This document shows positions 9,981-20,257 of a stretch of DNA of 64,000 nucleotides, one piece after another. The notes beneath the pieces were generated by a model. The model was not told the DNA's origin. It ran no database searches and worked only from the letters and a program-made list of their open reading frames with translations. Each line of letters starts with the position of its first letter. Positions within the stretch are counted from its first letter, which is position 1. The DNA comes from Gemmatimonadota bacterium (GTDB taxonomy: Bacteria; Latescibacterota; UBA2968; UBA8231): the NCBI GenBank assembly GCA_038153405.1, contig JAYOYH010000004.1:32001-96000 (forward strand), written 5' to 3'. Made by a program: the position numbers and the translations under genes.

Positions 9981-11336
9981 ATGCAAAGCATAGGCATGCC
10001 CTACGTCGATCTCGACATCGCCGCACTTGTGCGGCCACATAGTGCATCCATCCACACGCGCCACTTCTGCGTTGCTCAGGGTGCCCTGGCACGCGCCAGT
10101 GACGTTCTTCGCGCCGCGCTACCGGCCGGGCGCTGGCACCTAGTAGCCGACGCAACGACCTGGGCGCTGGCCGGACCGGCGCTCTCAGCCCAGTTGCGCA
10201 ACGCCGGCATCTCTCATGTCCTGCACGTAATGGACGACGCGCGGCCCGCGCCGACGATGGAAGCCGTCGAAGCCCTGCACGCCGCTCTCGATGGATCGAC
10301 CGCCGCCCTCGCGCTGGGCGCCGGCACGATCAACGACCTAGTCAAAATGGCTGCCCACCGCGCCGGCATCCCCTATGCCGCCGTGGCGACGGCTCCGTCG
10401 ATGAACGGCTATACCTCGGCCATAGCCGCACTGCTCGAAGACGGGGTCAAAACCACTCGGCCCTGCACGCCGCCCATCGCCGTAGTAGCCGATATCGACC
10501 TGCTGGCCGCCGCGCCCTACCGCATGATCGCCGCAGGCTTTGGCGACCTGATTTCCAAACCCGTTAGCCAGGCCGACTGGCTGCTAGCCCACCACCTGAC
10601 TGACGCGCCCTACTCCGCGCAAGCCGCTCAGCTCATCGATGCCAGCGCAGCACTACTCGACGGCATGGCAACCCAACTGCCCCAACGCGCGCCCGAAGCC
10701 GTCGGCCGGCTCGTCGGCAGCCTGCTGCTCTCCGGTCTGTCCATGGCCGTGGCCGGCTCGTCGGCCCCATCCAGCGGCGGCGAGCACCTCATCAGCCACT
10801 ACTTCGACATGACCCACTACGCCTTTGGCCAGCCCAACGACCTGCACGGCTGTCAGGTCGGCGTGGCCACTGCGACAACGGCGGCGCTCTACGAAAAGCT
10901 GCTCGCGCTCGACCCGGCGCACATCGACCGGACGGCGCGCACCGCGGCACTCCTGCCTTGGGCGATCTATCGGCGCACAGTAGAAACGCACTTCGCACAG
11001 TTGGCACCCGCTGTCTTGCCCCATGCCGAGCAGGGCTACCCCAGTCGCTCAGAGCTAAATGAGCGGCTACAGCGCCTGCAGGCGCACTGGTCGGAGATCG
11101 TCGCTGCGCTCGCTGCGACCCTGCGCCCTGCCGCCGACATCATTGCCGACCTCACTGCCGCTGGCGCCCCTACCACGTTTGCCGAACTGGGCGTACTCCC
11201 CCAGCGCGTGCGCTGTGCCCTGCTGCACGGCAAGGACATTCGCGCCCGCTACACTATCCTGCATTTGCTGAGCGAGTTGGGCGTGCTGGAAGACTGGTCG
11301 GATAGCGCGCTGGAGGAACGCGCGCTGTTATACTGA
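9981..11336 (+). CDS. sn-glycerol-1-phosphate dehydrogenase-like protein (AraM/EgsA family)
   Basis: LGAGTINDLVK, TAPSMNGYTS, AGFGDLISK, SGGEHLISH, LHGCQVG. Confidence 0.85.
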   Translation: MQSIGMPYVDLDIAALVRPHSASIHTRHFCVAQGALARASDVLRAALPAGRWHLVADATTWALAGPALSAQLRNAGISHVLHVMDDARPAPTMEAVEALHAALDGSTAALALGAGTINDLVKMAAHRAGIPYAAVATAPSMNGYTSAIAALLEDGVKTTRPCTPPIAVVADIDLLAAAPYRMIAAGFGDLISKPVSQADWLLAHHLTDAPYSAQAAQLIDASAALLDGMATQLPQRAPEAVGRLVGSLLLSGLSMAVAGSSAPSSGGEHLISHYFDMTHYAFGQPNDLHGCQVGVATATTAALYEKLLALDPAHIDRTARTAALLPWAIYRRTVETHFAQLAPAVLPHAEQGYPSRSELNERLQRLQAHWSEIVAALAATLRPAADIIADLTAAGAPTTFAELGVLPQRVRCALLHGKDIRARYTILHLLSELGVLEDWSDSALEERALLY

Positions 11337-11374
11337 CTTTCACGCGCACAGCATATTCATATAAACAAGGGACC

Positions 11375-12598
11375 CTATTTGCGCGGCGGCGTCGCCCACA
11401 GCGCCAGTAGCGCCAGGGGCACGCACAGGCCGGCGCAGCACCACAGCACCTGAGCAAAAGAGCCGAATAGATCGTATCCAACTCCCATCAAGAAGGGGCC
11501 CAAACCCGAGGCCGCCACGCCAATCGTCGATACCAGCCCGCGGATTCTTCCCAAATGAGCCCGGCCGTAATAGCGCACCCAAATCGTCTCGCTAACCGCC
11601 ATGAGTAAACCGCTGCCAAGGGCAAAGACCACGGCATATACATAGGGCAGCAGCGGCGCAGGCGCAGCAACGAGGAAGGCCAACCCCACGCCTTGAAAGA
11701 CCATCGACAAAGCGGTCAATCCGTTCAGCGGCACCTTGTCGGCCAGCGCGCCTCCAACTAGGCGCGCGCAGGCAATCACCGCGGCGTAGAGCGAAAACAT
11801 CACCGCGACCGGGCCGGCGCCCAGCCCGCGTTCGGCAAAGATCGATACGACGTGGAACTGCGCCCCCGTGCCGCTCATCGACCAGGACGCCATACAAACC
11901 ACGGCAATCCAGTAGCTGCGCGAACGCAGCACTTGATCCATCGTAAACGAACGCTCAACTACCGTTGCTACAACGGATTCTCTGTTCTCTTTTCCTCCGT
12001 CGAGCTCTTGCCCCATATCTTGCGGGTGATCGCGGAATACAAAAAATAACAGGGGCAATATGAGCGCCCATATGCCCACCCCAAATGCCGTGTAGGCACC
12101 GCGCCATCCGTAGGCATCGATCAGAGCAAAACCCAGCGCCGGTACCACACCGACGGCAGCGGCCATGCCAATATTTGATAGGCCGCTGACAAAACCCAGT
12201 CGGCGTTCAAACCACATGGCCAGCGCGTTACGCGCCAGCATGCTCATGGCCCCTTGGCCGAGAAATCGCAAAAAGAAAAAGGCGACGAAAAGCGATGCCA
12301 ACCCCGACACGTAGCGCATGCCGATGCAGGTCGCCCCAAAGAGCAACACAACGCCGATCAACACCCTGCGCGGACCGTGGCGATCCATCAGCGCGCCAAC
12401 CCAGAACAGCGGCAGCGAAGCGAGCATGGTGCCCACCATATAAGCCCCGCTAAGCTCTGAACTAGACAGACCCAGCGCCTCTTGTATATAGGGATTAAAA
12501 ACGGAAATGCCGAACGTCTGACCCGGTGACGTGCAGATCGATACGAGCATGACGGCCGGCACCATGATCCAGCCATAGAAGAAGGGCAGGCGGCTCAT
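11375..12598 (-). CDS. MFS transporter
   Basis: FFYGW start, GALMDRHGPRR (MFS motif A), WFERRLG, YYGRAHLGRIRG, about 12 hydrophobic segments. Confidence 0.9.
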   Translation of the reverse strand: MSRLPFFYGWIMVPAVMLVSICTSPGQTFGISVFNPYIQEALGLSSSELSGAYMVGTMLASLPLFWVGALMDRHGPRRVLIGVVLLFGATCIGMRYVSGLASLFVAFFFLRFLGQGAMSMLARNALAMWFERRLGFVSGLSNIGMAAAVGVVPALGFALIDAYGWRGAYTAFGVGIWALILPLLFFVFRDHPQDMGQELDGGKENRESVVATVVERSFTMDQVLRSRSYWIAVVCMASWSMSGTGAQFHVVSIFAERGLGAGPVAVMFSLYAAVIACARLVGGALADKVPLNGLTALSMVFQGVGLAFLVAAPAPLLPYVYAVVFALGSGLLMAVSETIWVRYYGRAHLGRIRGLVSTIGVAASGLGPFLMGVGYDLFGSFAQVLWCCAGLCVPLALLALWATPPRK

Positions 12599-12639
12599 GC
12601 AAGCACCTGCCCTCGTCCGATATGCGCGTCCCCCCCCAC

Positions 12640-13455
12640 TTAACCCTTGATCGCTCCCGATGTCAGACCGCTGATAAACTCCTTTTGCAGGAAGAAAAAT
12701 AGCAGCACGACGGGCAGTACGGCAAGGAGCGTGCCAGCCATCATCGCCCCGTATTCCTGTGCATAGAGACCAACCATCTGGTTGAGTCCAATCGGAAGGG
12801 TGAAGCGCTCTTGGCTGTGTAGAACAATCTGCGGCCACAGGAAATTATTCCACGATCCCATAAAGGCGATCAGACAAAAGGCGCCGATCATCGGGCGCTG
12901 CACCGGCAGTACGACGTCCCAATAGAGACGCAGTTCGGTGCAGCCGTCCATGCGGCCGGCCTGTAGCAAGTCGTCGGGCAGATCGAGCATGGACTGGCGA
13001 AAGAGGAACATGCCGAAGACGCTCACCGCCCCGGGAACGATCAGCCCAACGTACGAATCGACCAGCCCCATGGCGTAAATGAGCTCGTACATCGGCGCCA
13101 GCATCACCTGTGCCGGTATCATCATCGTCGTCAGCATAAGCACCATGATAACGCGCTTGCCCACGAACTCGTACTTGGCCAGTGCAAAGCCGCCCAGCGA
13201 CGAAAAAAACAGCTGCACCAGCACCGTCGCGCCGGAGACAAAGAGGCTATTTATCATAAAGCGCACATAGGGGATTTGCTCGAATAGCTGGCGAAAATTG
13301 TAGAGCGAAAAGCGCGAAAGCGGAGCAAAGAATAAGTAGTGGAAGAGGTCGTCTGGCCCCTTGACGGCGGCGGCGACCAGCCACGCCATGGGCGTCAGCA
13401 TAACGACCGCGCACAGCATCAGCATCGCGTAGAGGGAGGTGCGCTGCCAACCCAT
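12640..13455 (-). CDS. Carbohydrate ABC transporter permease (MalG-like)
   Basis: LPDDLLQAGRMDG EAA loop, WNNFLWP, FISGLTSGAIKG. Confidence 0.95.
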   Translation of the reverse strand: MGWQRTSLYAMLMLCAVVMLTPMAWLVAAAVKGPDDLFHYLFFAPLSRFSLYNFRQLFEQIPYVRFMINSLFVSGATVLVQLFFSSLGGFALAKYEFVGKRVIMVLMLTTMMIPAQVMLAPMYELIYAMGLVDSYVGLIVPGAVSVFGMFLFRQSMLDLPDDLLQAGRMDGCTELRLYWDVVLPVQRPMIGAFCLIAFMGSWNNFLWPQIVLHSQERFTLPIGLNQMVGLYAQEYGAMMAGTLLAVLPVVLLFFFLQKEFISGLTSGAIKG

Positions 13456-13456
13456 A

Positions 13457-14356
13457 TTACGACTCCTTCTTCCAGGTGCCGGTTAGGCGCATCTGCGCCA
13501 GCGAAATGACCAGCACGCCCATCGTCAGCGTCCAGCCAATAGCCGAGGCATAGCCCAGATCGCCGGCGATAAACCCATTTTGGAATAGATACATCACCAC
13601 CGTCAGCCCGGCGTTATCGGGACCGGCCGTATTGCCCAGCATCACGTAGGGCAGCTCAAATAGCTGGAACGATCCGATGGTGCTGAGCACCGTGACGAAT
13701 ACGGCCACCGAGCGAATGCCGGGCAACGTGACGTGCACGAACTGCTTAAAGGCCCCCGCCCCATCGACCTGAGCCGCCTCGTAGAGCTCCTTATCAACCG
13801 CCTGTAGCGCCGCGAGAAAGTAGATCATGTTGAAGCCGACGTACATCCACAGCGAGGTAAGCACGAGCGCTGGCATAACGAGTTCGGGACTGCCCAACCA
13901 CTTGGTGTCGATAGCCGTTCCCACCAGCGCATGCAGCACGCGATTGAGCAGGCCGAACTTAGGAATAAACACGACCGAAAAGAGCACGGCGACAAAGACC
14001 TGGCCGACCAAATGGGGCGAAAAAAAACTAAAGCGAAAAAAGTCGCGGCCCTTCACCAGGCGGCTGTTGAGCAACAGGGCCAATCCCAAGCTGAGCGGCA
14101 GTTGCAAAAAGACCGAGCACAGCGCATACACGCAGGTATTTTTTACCGCTTTGTGAAAAGCCGGATCGCCCCAGAGAAAGCGGAAGTTGTCCCAGCCGAC
14201 AAATACCTGCGACTTGGGCCCGTTGGTAATGTAAAACGACAGCAGTATGCTCTTGACAATGGGGTAGAGCGTAAAGGTCAGGAAGAGCACGACGAAGGGC
14301 GCCACGAAGAGGTAGGGCGCATAGCGGTGCTGCAGGCGAAAAAAGAGGGTATTCAA
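13457..14356 (-). CDS. Carbohydrate ABC transporter permease (MalF-like)
   Basis: FVGWDNF, LYEAAQVDGA, LGYASAIGW. Confidence 0.95.
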   Translation of the reverse strand: MNTLFFRLQHRYAPYLFVAPFVVLFLTFTLYPIVKSILLSFYITNGPKSQVFVGWDNFRFLWGDPAFHKAVKNTCVYALCSVFLQLPLSLGLALLLNSRLVKGRDFFRFSFFSPHLVGQVFVAVLFSVVFIPKFGLLNRVLHALVGTAIDTKWLGSPELVMPALVLTSLWMYVGFNMIYFLAALQAVDKELYEAAQVDGAGAFKQFVHVTLPGIRSVAVFVTVLSTIGSFQLFELPYVMLGNTAGPDNAGLTVVMYLFQNGFIAGDLGYASAIGWTLTMGVLVISLAQMRLTGTWKKES

Positions 14357-15696
14357 TAGGGATTTCTCCCGATGTAGCGGCGCACTTCTTCGGCGGCACT
14401 GCGCAGGCGCTGGCGCGCAAAGTCCTCAAAGCCGACCTCGCCGTGCTGGCGGTAGTAGGCGGCACAGGAGGAAATGACGCCAGCCATTTTGCTCTTGGCC
14501 GTCTCGATAAACGGACTGGCGTACTGCGGCGGCACATCATCGGCCAAATCGGCGTAGATTCGACCCAGCTTCTGCCCAGACCAGTAGGGCCGCGGCTCGT
14601 CAAAAGCCGGATGCTCCCAGGCATCTTTGAGCGGCGGCAATATATTGGTTTCGCGAAAGCGCTCGGCCAGTTCGGCCTTGTCAAAGTACATGTGCTCGGC
14701 CACCTGCCAGGCCAGTTCGGGGTCGGGACACGCCTTGGTAATGCCCAACATAGTGCCGCCCCACGTGCTGGTCCGTCGCCCACCTACCTCTACCGCGGGC
14801 AGCGCCATCAGCGCCATCTTGCCCCCCATCCGCGGGATGTCGGTCTCGGTGCCTTTGCTGCGCCAGTCCGGACAGATAAAGGAGAGAAAATAGCCGCTCT
14901 CTACGGCCTGCGTAAACAGGCGGCTCGAGCCCAAATCAGAGCCGATGCGCTCGGGCCCGGCGACGAGCGGGATAAAGAACAGCAGGGTTTCCAACGCCAC
15001 TTCGTCGTCCATGATCAGTTGGCCATCTGCATTGAAATAGCCCCCGTCGCGCTGGAAGAGAAACATCTCGAAATGTCCGGCGTTATTATCCGATAGCTCG
15101 ATCATATAGCGCTCACCCGGCACGCTAACCTGGCGGCCAATGCGCACGAAATCCTCCCACGTTTCTATCTGATCTACGTCGATGCCCAACGCCTCGAACA
15201 AGTCGCGGCGATAGGCCAGCACCACCGGGTGCACGTCGTGCGGCAGCCCGTAGATTCGCCCGCGGCTGCGATAGGGAGCAAAGCGCGTTTGCACAATGCG
15301 CTCGTAATAGCCCGTGCGCTGCAAGATGGGCATCAGATCGATAAAGCCAACGTCGTCGATTGGACCGCGAAAAAAGGATCCGGCGCGGCTGATCTCCACT
15401 TCGACCAAATCGGGCACGTCGAGATCGGCCCAGAACGCGGCGCGCAGACGGCTGTTTACCGCATCGCCGTGCACCAGCTGCACCTCCAACTCGACGCCTG
15501 GATGCTTGGCTTCAAACGAGGGTATGGCCTTCTGATAGGGCGTGGCGTGATTGCTGGCAAAGGTCCACAGACGCAGCGTCGCCGTCGACTTTTCAACGGG
15601 ATGGACCAGCAGATACAGTCCGGCGAGCACCGTGACAACTAGGATGAGCGTCGGCGCCTTGCCGAAGGGCAACCCGTGCGCAAATAGGCGGGGCAT
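14353..15696 (-). CDS. Sugar ABC transporter substrate-binding protein
   Basis: N-terminal hydrophobic segment, VPDLVEVE, GRIYGLPHD, TWEDF, WGGTMLGITK; 4-bp overlap with the permease. Confidence 0.9.
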   Translation of the reverse strand: MPRLFAHGLPFGKAPTLILVVTVLAGLYLLVHPVEKSTATLRLWTFASNHATPYQKAIPSFEAKHPGVELEVQLVHGDAVNSRLRAAFWADLDVPDLVEVEISRAGSFFRGPIDDVGFIDLMPILQRTGYYERIVQTRFAPYRSRGRIYGLPHDVHPVVLAYRRDLFEALGIDVDQIETWEDFVRIGRQVSVPGERYMIELSDNNAGHFEMFLFQRDGGYFNADGQLIMDDEVALETLLFFIPLVAGPERIGSDLGSSRLFTQAVESGYFLSFICPDWRSKGTETDIPRMGGKMALMALPAVEVGGRRTSTWGGTMLGITKACPDPELAWQVAEHMYFDKAELAERFRETNILPPLKDAWEHPAFDEPRPYWSGQKLGRIYADLADDVPPQYASPFIETAKSKMAGVISSCAAYYRQHGEVGFEDFARQRLRSAAEEVRRYIGRNPY

Positions 15697-15731
15697 GCTC
15701 GCTCCTTGAGCAAAGGAATAAAACGTGTGCT

Positions 15732-15760
15732 ATAGTATGCAATTTGAGTGGAAAAACCAA
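15732..15760 (-). promoter_or_regulatory. Putative sigma70 promoter of the ABC operon
   Basis: Minus strand TTGGTT-N17-TACTAT. Confidence 0.45.
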
Positions 15761-15791
15761 TAGAGCGCGCCGCTTATCCACTCAGTTGCAT
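15737..15791. repeat. Imperfect inverted repeat in the divergent intergenic region
   Basis: ATGCAATTTGAGTGGA-N24-TCCACTCAGTTGCAT. Confidence 0.6.
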
Positions 15792-15903
15792 GCGCATTCT
15801 GCCTGCATGCGGCAAAATTTGCAGAAAAACACAGTAAAGAGACAAAAATTGCTTTCACCCCGTCAAATTTAGCTTATTTTAATGGCCGTTCACCCATTTA
15901 CAT

Positions 15904-17877
15904 ATGTGCGATGCAATCATGGCTCAAGCCACAATGCCCATAGTGCTGCACGTCGGCACGGGGCGCAATGCCTTCCCCACGTTAGAAGGGGCGCGCGACT
16001 ACCTGCGCTCGATGCGCGACCGAGTGCCAGCACGCGTCGTCGTAGACAGCGATCTCGTCGCAATGGACCAGAGCTTTGCACTCGGTCCAGCCGATTCGGG
16101 CACGGCTGAGGCGCCCATTACCTACTGCGCCGCCAAACTCGGCGGCACGCGCCTTCTCGGGGGGAAAATCCTATCCGCCTTCACCGCGATTGAGGACGAG
16201 CGCACGCGAGCCCGTCTGCCCGCTGCAGCGCGCGACCACGCCGTGCAATTCGACCTGCGCGCGCACGGCATCAAAGACTTCGGACAGCTCCGCTCGCGCG
16301 GCTTCAGCCGCCCCATCACGCCCGCCCATATGGAGCTATTCTTCAACGGCAAGCGCATGCAGCTTGCGCGCTGGCCCAACTCGGGATGGGCACAGATCGA
16401 CCGACCGGCCGACCCCGGTGACGACGAGCACGGCGGCCAACTGGGCGACCTGCAGGCAGGCTTCTATTTCGACGAGCCGCGGCTCGATCGCTGGCAGGAC
16501 CTCGACGACGTTTGGATGCACGGGTATTGGGGCTGGGACTGGGCCAATTCCTACGAGGCTGTCGCATCGCGCGATCCGCACAGCGGGCTGATTCGCACTC
16601 GGCCTCCGCATGGGCTATACGGCTTTCGCGCCGGCGCCCGCTTCTACTTTCTCAACGTGCTGGAAGAGCTGGCCCAGCCCGGCGACTACTACGTCGACCG
16701 GCGCCGTGGCCTGCTCTACTTCTGGCCCCCGGCAGCGCTCGATGCAGCCGAAGTGGCCGTCTCCGTCCTGGAAGATCCCATCCTGTGCATTGACGGTGCT
16801 CGGCACGTGCGCATCGAGGGTTTCACCCTTGAGTACGGGCGCGGCAGCGGTGCGTCAATTGCCGGCGGCGAATGCATTGTCATGGCCAAGTGCACCGTGC
16901 GCAACGTCGGCAACCACGGCATCGAAGTGGAGGGAGGCCAGCGCTGCGAAATCGTCGACTGCGACGTGCACCACTGCGGCGATTCGGGCATCGTCCTAGC
17001 CGGCGGCGACCGGCAGACGCTGCAGCCGGGACGCCATCGCGCCGCCGACAACCACATTCACCACATGGGCGAATGGTCGCGCTGCTACCAGCCGGGCATT
17101 CGCGTCAGCGGAGTAGGGCAGCGCCTCGAGCACAATCTGATACACGACGGACCGCACAACGGCATCCTGCTCAGCGGCAACGAGCACATCATCGAGTACA
17201 ACCACATCCACCACGTCTGCCAAGAGAGCGGCGACGTCGGCGCATTCTACATGGGACGCGACTGGAGCGAATGCGGCAACGTGCTGCGCCATAACTTTTT
17301 CCACCACACGCAGGGCGTCGGCATGGGGTCGATGGCCGTCTATCTGGACGACTGCGCCTCGTCGACCACGGTGTTCGGCAATATATTCTACCAGTGCACG
17401 CGCGCCGTCATGGTCGGCGGCGGGCGCAACAATCGGGTGGAAAACAATATCTTTGTCGACTGCGATCCGGCCGTGCACATAGACGGTCGCGGACTCGACC
17501 CCAGTCCCGTTTGGCGCACCATGGTCGATCGCACGATGAGAGAGCGCCTCGATGCCGTCGATCACCGCAATCCGCCCTATAGCACCCGCTATCCGGACTT
17601 GCGCCAGCTCGATCCATACTATGCAGAGGGCGTGGGCATTCCGCCGGAGGGCAACCTCATCGTGCGCAATATTTGTCGCGGGGCCTGGCTGGATATTCGC
17701 TGGAACGCCAATCCCAAAATGATCGCGGTGCAGAACAACATGGTTGACGAAGATCCGCTATTCGTTGACGCAGACGGCATGGACTTTCAACTGCGCATCG
17801 ATTCGCCAGCCTATGAACTAGGCTTTAAACGCATTCCCGTCGACGCCATCGGTCCGCGGCGCACCATCACTCTCTAA
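15904..17877 (+). CDS. Right-handed parallel beta-helix protein (candidate glycan-active enzyme)
   Basis: LFFNGKRMQLARWPN, GYWGWDWA, LEELAQPGDYY, repeated N-x-I-H strands, DVGAFY, AVYLDD. No obvious signal peptide; alternative start at 15919. Confidence 0.8.
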   Translation: MCDAIMAQATMPIVLHVGTGRNAFPTLEGARDYLRSMRDRVPARVVVDSDLVAMDQSFALGPADSGTAEAPITYCAAKLGGTRLLGGKILSAFTAIEDERTRARLPAAARDHAVQFDLRAHGIKDFGQLRSRGFSRPITPAHMELFFNGKRMQLARWPNSGWAQIDRPADPGDDEHGGQLGDLQAGFYFDEPRLDRWQDLDDVWMHGYWGWDWANSYEAVASRDPHSGLIRTRPPHGLYGFRAGARFYFLNVLEELAQPGDYYVDRRRGLLYFWPPAALDAAEVAVSVLEDPILCIDGARHVRIEGFTLEYGRGSGASIAGGECIVMAKCTVRNVGNHGIEVEGGQRCEIVDCDVHHCGDSGIVLAGGDRQTLQPGRHRAADNHIHHMGEWSRCYQPGIRVSGVGQRLEHNLIHDGPHNGILLSGNEHIIEYNHIHHVCQESGDVGAFYMGRDWSECGNVLRHNFFHHTQGVGMGSMAVYLDDCASSTTVFGNIFYQCTRAVMVGGGRNNRVENNIFVDCDPAVHIDGRGLDPSPVWRTMVDRTMRERLDAVDHRNPPYSTRYPDLRQLDPYYAEGVGIPPEGNLIVRNICRGAWLDIRWNANPKMIAVQNNMVDEDPLFVDADGMDFQLRIDSPAYELGFKRIPVDAIGPRRTITL

Positions 17878-17887
17878 CTGAGCCCCA

Positions 17888-19867
17888 ATGGAAAACGACA
17901 ACGAAACATCCGACCAATCTCCAGATGGCGCCACACCCGATTTGTCGGCCGACGACGATGGGCAGCTGCGCTTTTCCGAGGCCAAGTATAGGGCCCTCAT
18001 AGAAGGGGCCTCCGACTTTATCTACGTGCTCGACAAGGAAGGGCGCTTTATTTTTGCCAACCGCGAAGTAGAGCATCTGCTCGGCTATAGCCCGGAGGAA
18101 ATGCTGGGCAAGCATTTTTCCGAGGTCATGCACCCCGACGACGTCGAATCGCTCGGTCCCTCGTTTGCCGAGCGCCGCACCGGCCAGCGGGCCACCAATC
18201 GATTGGAAGTGCGACTGGCGTCGCGCAGCGGCAAGGTGCGCAACGTCGAAATGGATATTCGCCACCTTGCCCTCAGTTCCAGCGGGCTGTACCAAGACGA
18301 CCATTTTATCGGCACGCACGGCGTCGTGCGCGACGTAACGGCGCGCAAGTACAGCGAGACCAAGCGCCATGCGCTCAATCAATTGGATCGCGCCATCTGG
18401 AGCATGGCGCGGGCCGACGACATCCATATCGTTCTCGAAGGCATACGCAGCGCGCTGCAAACGGTAGACCTACCCTATGCCGAACTCGGCGTCTCCGTAA
18501 TCGATATGAACGAACCGCCGACGGTGCAGTTTTACAGCACCTATAAGAGCGAGTGCATTGAGCGCAAAGCGCAGTGGATGGTCGGCGATACCCAGAGCCT
18601 CGCCGAGACGATCATCGATACATGGCAGCGCGGCAGCGCGGTCCATACCTCCTCGCTTAGCGAGGCCAGCTCCGAGCAAAACCCGCTGGCACTAGGCGAG
18701 CTGTACGGGCCAATAGAGTCGATTATCGACGTCCCCTTTTCACACGGGGTGCTCACCATTACCACCAGCGATACGCCCTTCTCAACGCGCGATCTCGACT
18801 TTATCGACGAGCTGTCGAACGTGCTATCCGACGGCTTTCGCCGCGTCGAAGACCTAATCGACCTGACGCTTTCCGAGCAGCGCTATCGCCGCATCGTCGA
18901 AACGCCTAATCTGCTGATCCTCCTATCGGACACGGCGGGCAACTTCCTCTATGTCAGTCCGCAAATCAACCCCTGGCTCGGCTACGCTCCGCAGGATTTT
19001 TACGACGATCCCACCCATTTTTTAAATATCGTCCACGCCGACGACAGAGAGGCGGCAACGCATCTGCTGACGTCGCACGTACCCAGCGACAGCGTAGAGT
19101 ATCGCTGGCTCAATCGCGACGGAGACTACCGATGGGCGAGCGCTTCGTCCTTTCCCATCTTCGAAACGGACGGCGATGCGCAAATCAACCGACCGAGCTT
19201 GATACAGATCGTGGTGCAGGACGTCGACGATCGCAAGCGAGCCGAGGATACCATCAGAGCGTCCCTGGCCGAAAAGGAAGTACTGCTCAAAGAAATTCAC
19301 CACCGAGTCAAAAACAACCTACAGATCATTTCTAGCCTGCTCGACCTGCAGAGCCGTCGTCTGCCGAGCGAATTGCGCAACGTCTTCGAAGACAGTCAGC
19401 ACCGCATTAATTCGATGGCCCTGATACACGAAGAGCTCTATAACTCGGGCGATCTGGCGCGCATCGACTTCTTAACCTATGCCCACAGCCTGACCAACAA
19501 TCTGATGAGGACCTATAGCCCCGTCGGTGTCTCGTTAGAAATACGCGTTAATGCCCAGCCGCTGACGCTAGAGAGGGCCATCCCCATGGGACTGATCATG
19601 AATGAATTGGTCTCCAACGCCCTCAAATACGCCTTTCCGGAGAATCGCCCGGGGCGCATAAACATCGAGCTGACGAGCCATAGCATTGACGATTTCGTTT
19701 TCACGGTGAGAGACGATGGGGTGGGTATGAAAGAAGATGTCGACCAAAAGACCACGAACAGCCTGGGCCTGAAATTGGTCCATACGTTGGCCATGCAGCT
19801 GCAGGGGCGGGTCGAAGTGGACCGCGAGGGCGGCACCGCGTTTTCCATTATCCGCGGCCCCTCCTAA
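17888..19867 (+). CDS. Cytoplasmic PAS-(GAF-like)-PAS histidine kinase, HisKA_2 type
   Basis: Two PAS domains, LLKEIHHRVKNNLQIISSLL, NELVSNALKYAF, VRDDGVG, SLGL. Confidence 0.93.
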   Translation: MENDNETSDQSPDGATPDLSADDDGQLRFSEAKYRALIEGASDFIYVLDKEGRFIFANREVEHLLGYSPEEMLGKHFSEVMHPDDVESLGPSFAERRTGQRATNRLEVRLASRSGKVRNVEMDIRHLALSSSGLYQDDHFIGTHGVVRDVTARKYSETKRHALNQLDRAIWSMARADDIHIVLEGIRSALQTVDLPYAELGVSVIDMNEPPTVQFYSTYKSECIERKAQWMVGDTQSLAETIIDTWQRGSAVHTSSLSEASSEQNPLALGELYGPIESIIDVPFSHGVLTITTSDTPFSTRDLDFIDELSNVLSDGFRRVEDLIDLTLSEQRYRRIVETPNLLILLSDTAGNFLYVSPQINPWLGYAPQDFYDDPTHFLNIVHADDREAATHLLTSHVPSDSVEYRWLNRDGDYRWASASSFPIFETDGDAQINRPSLIQIVVQDVDDRKRAEDTIRASLAEKEVLLKEIHHRVKNNLQIISSLLDLQSRRLPSELRNVFEDSQHRINSMALIHEELYNSGDLARIDFLTYAHSLTNNLMRTYSPVGVSLEIRVNAQPLTLERAIPMGLIMNELVSNALKYAFPENRPGRINIELTSHSIDDFVFTVRDDGVGMKEDVDQKTTNSLGLKLVHTLAMQLQGRVEVDREGGTAFSIIRGPS

Positions 19868-19910
19868 CGCATACTAGGACGGAGCCCCGTGCAGAAAGCA
19901 GGCCTTCGCC

Positions 19911-20195
19911 CTATGCGGCGTGCCGGTCTCCTTTCGATTTGCGCAGCAGTTCCAACTCAATCATCCAGCGGGTTTCGTACTGGCGCAGCGCGCGATGCCA
20001 GGCGCGTAGATCGGCCTCGCCGCGCAGCAGTTGGCGAGCGACTTGGTCGATAGTCCGTTCGGCCTGACGAATCGAAGGCCGGGCAGCAAAGGCTCGCATC
20101 GAGTGGGATCCAAAGGCAAGCCGCACCCGATTGATCACGGCGCAGATATCCGAGCTAAGGCGCGCTATCGACGGGCGGTTGGTGCGAATGTTCAT
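19911..20195 (-). CDS. Small basic hypothetical protein (94 aa)
   Basis: AGGAG RBS before ATG 20195, fills the gap between genes, has its own -35 element upstream, ends in RHAA. Confidence 0.6.
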   Translation of the reverse strand: MNIRTNRPSIARLSSDICAVINRVRLAFGSHSMRAFAARPSIRQAERTIDQVARQLLRGEADLRAWHRALRQYETRWMIELELLRKSKGDRHAA

Positions 20196-20257
20196 GCGAC
20201 AATCTCCTGGGGAAACGCCGGTTGGGGGCAACCGGAGTGGACGCTGCAGGAAAAAGC

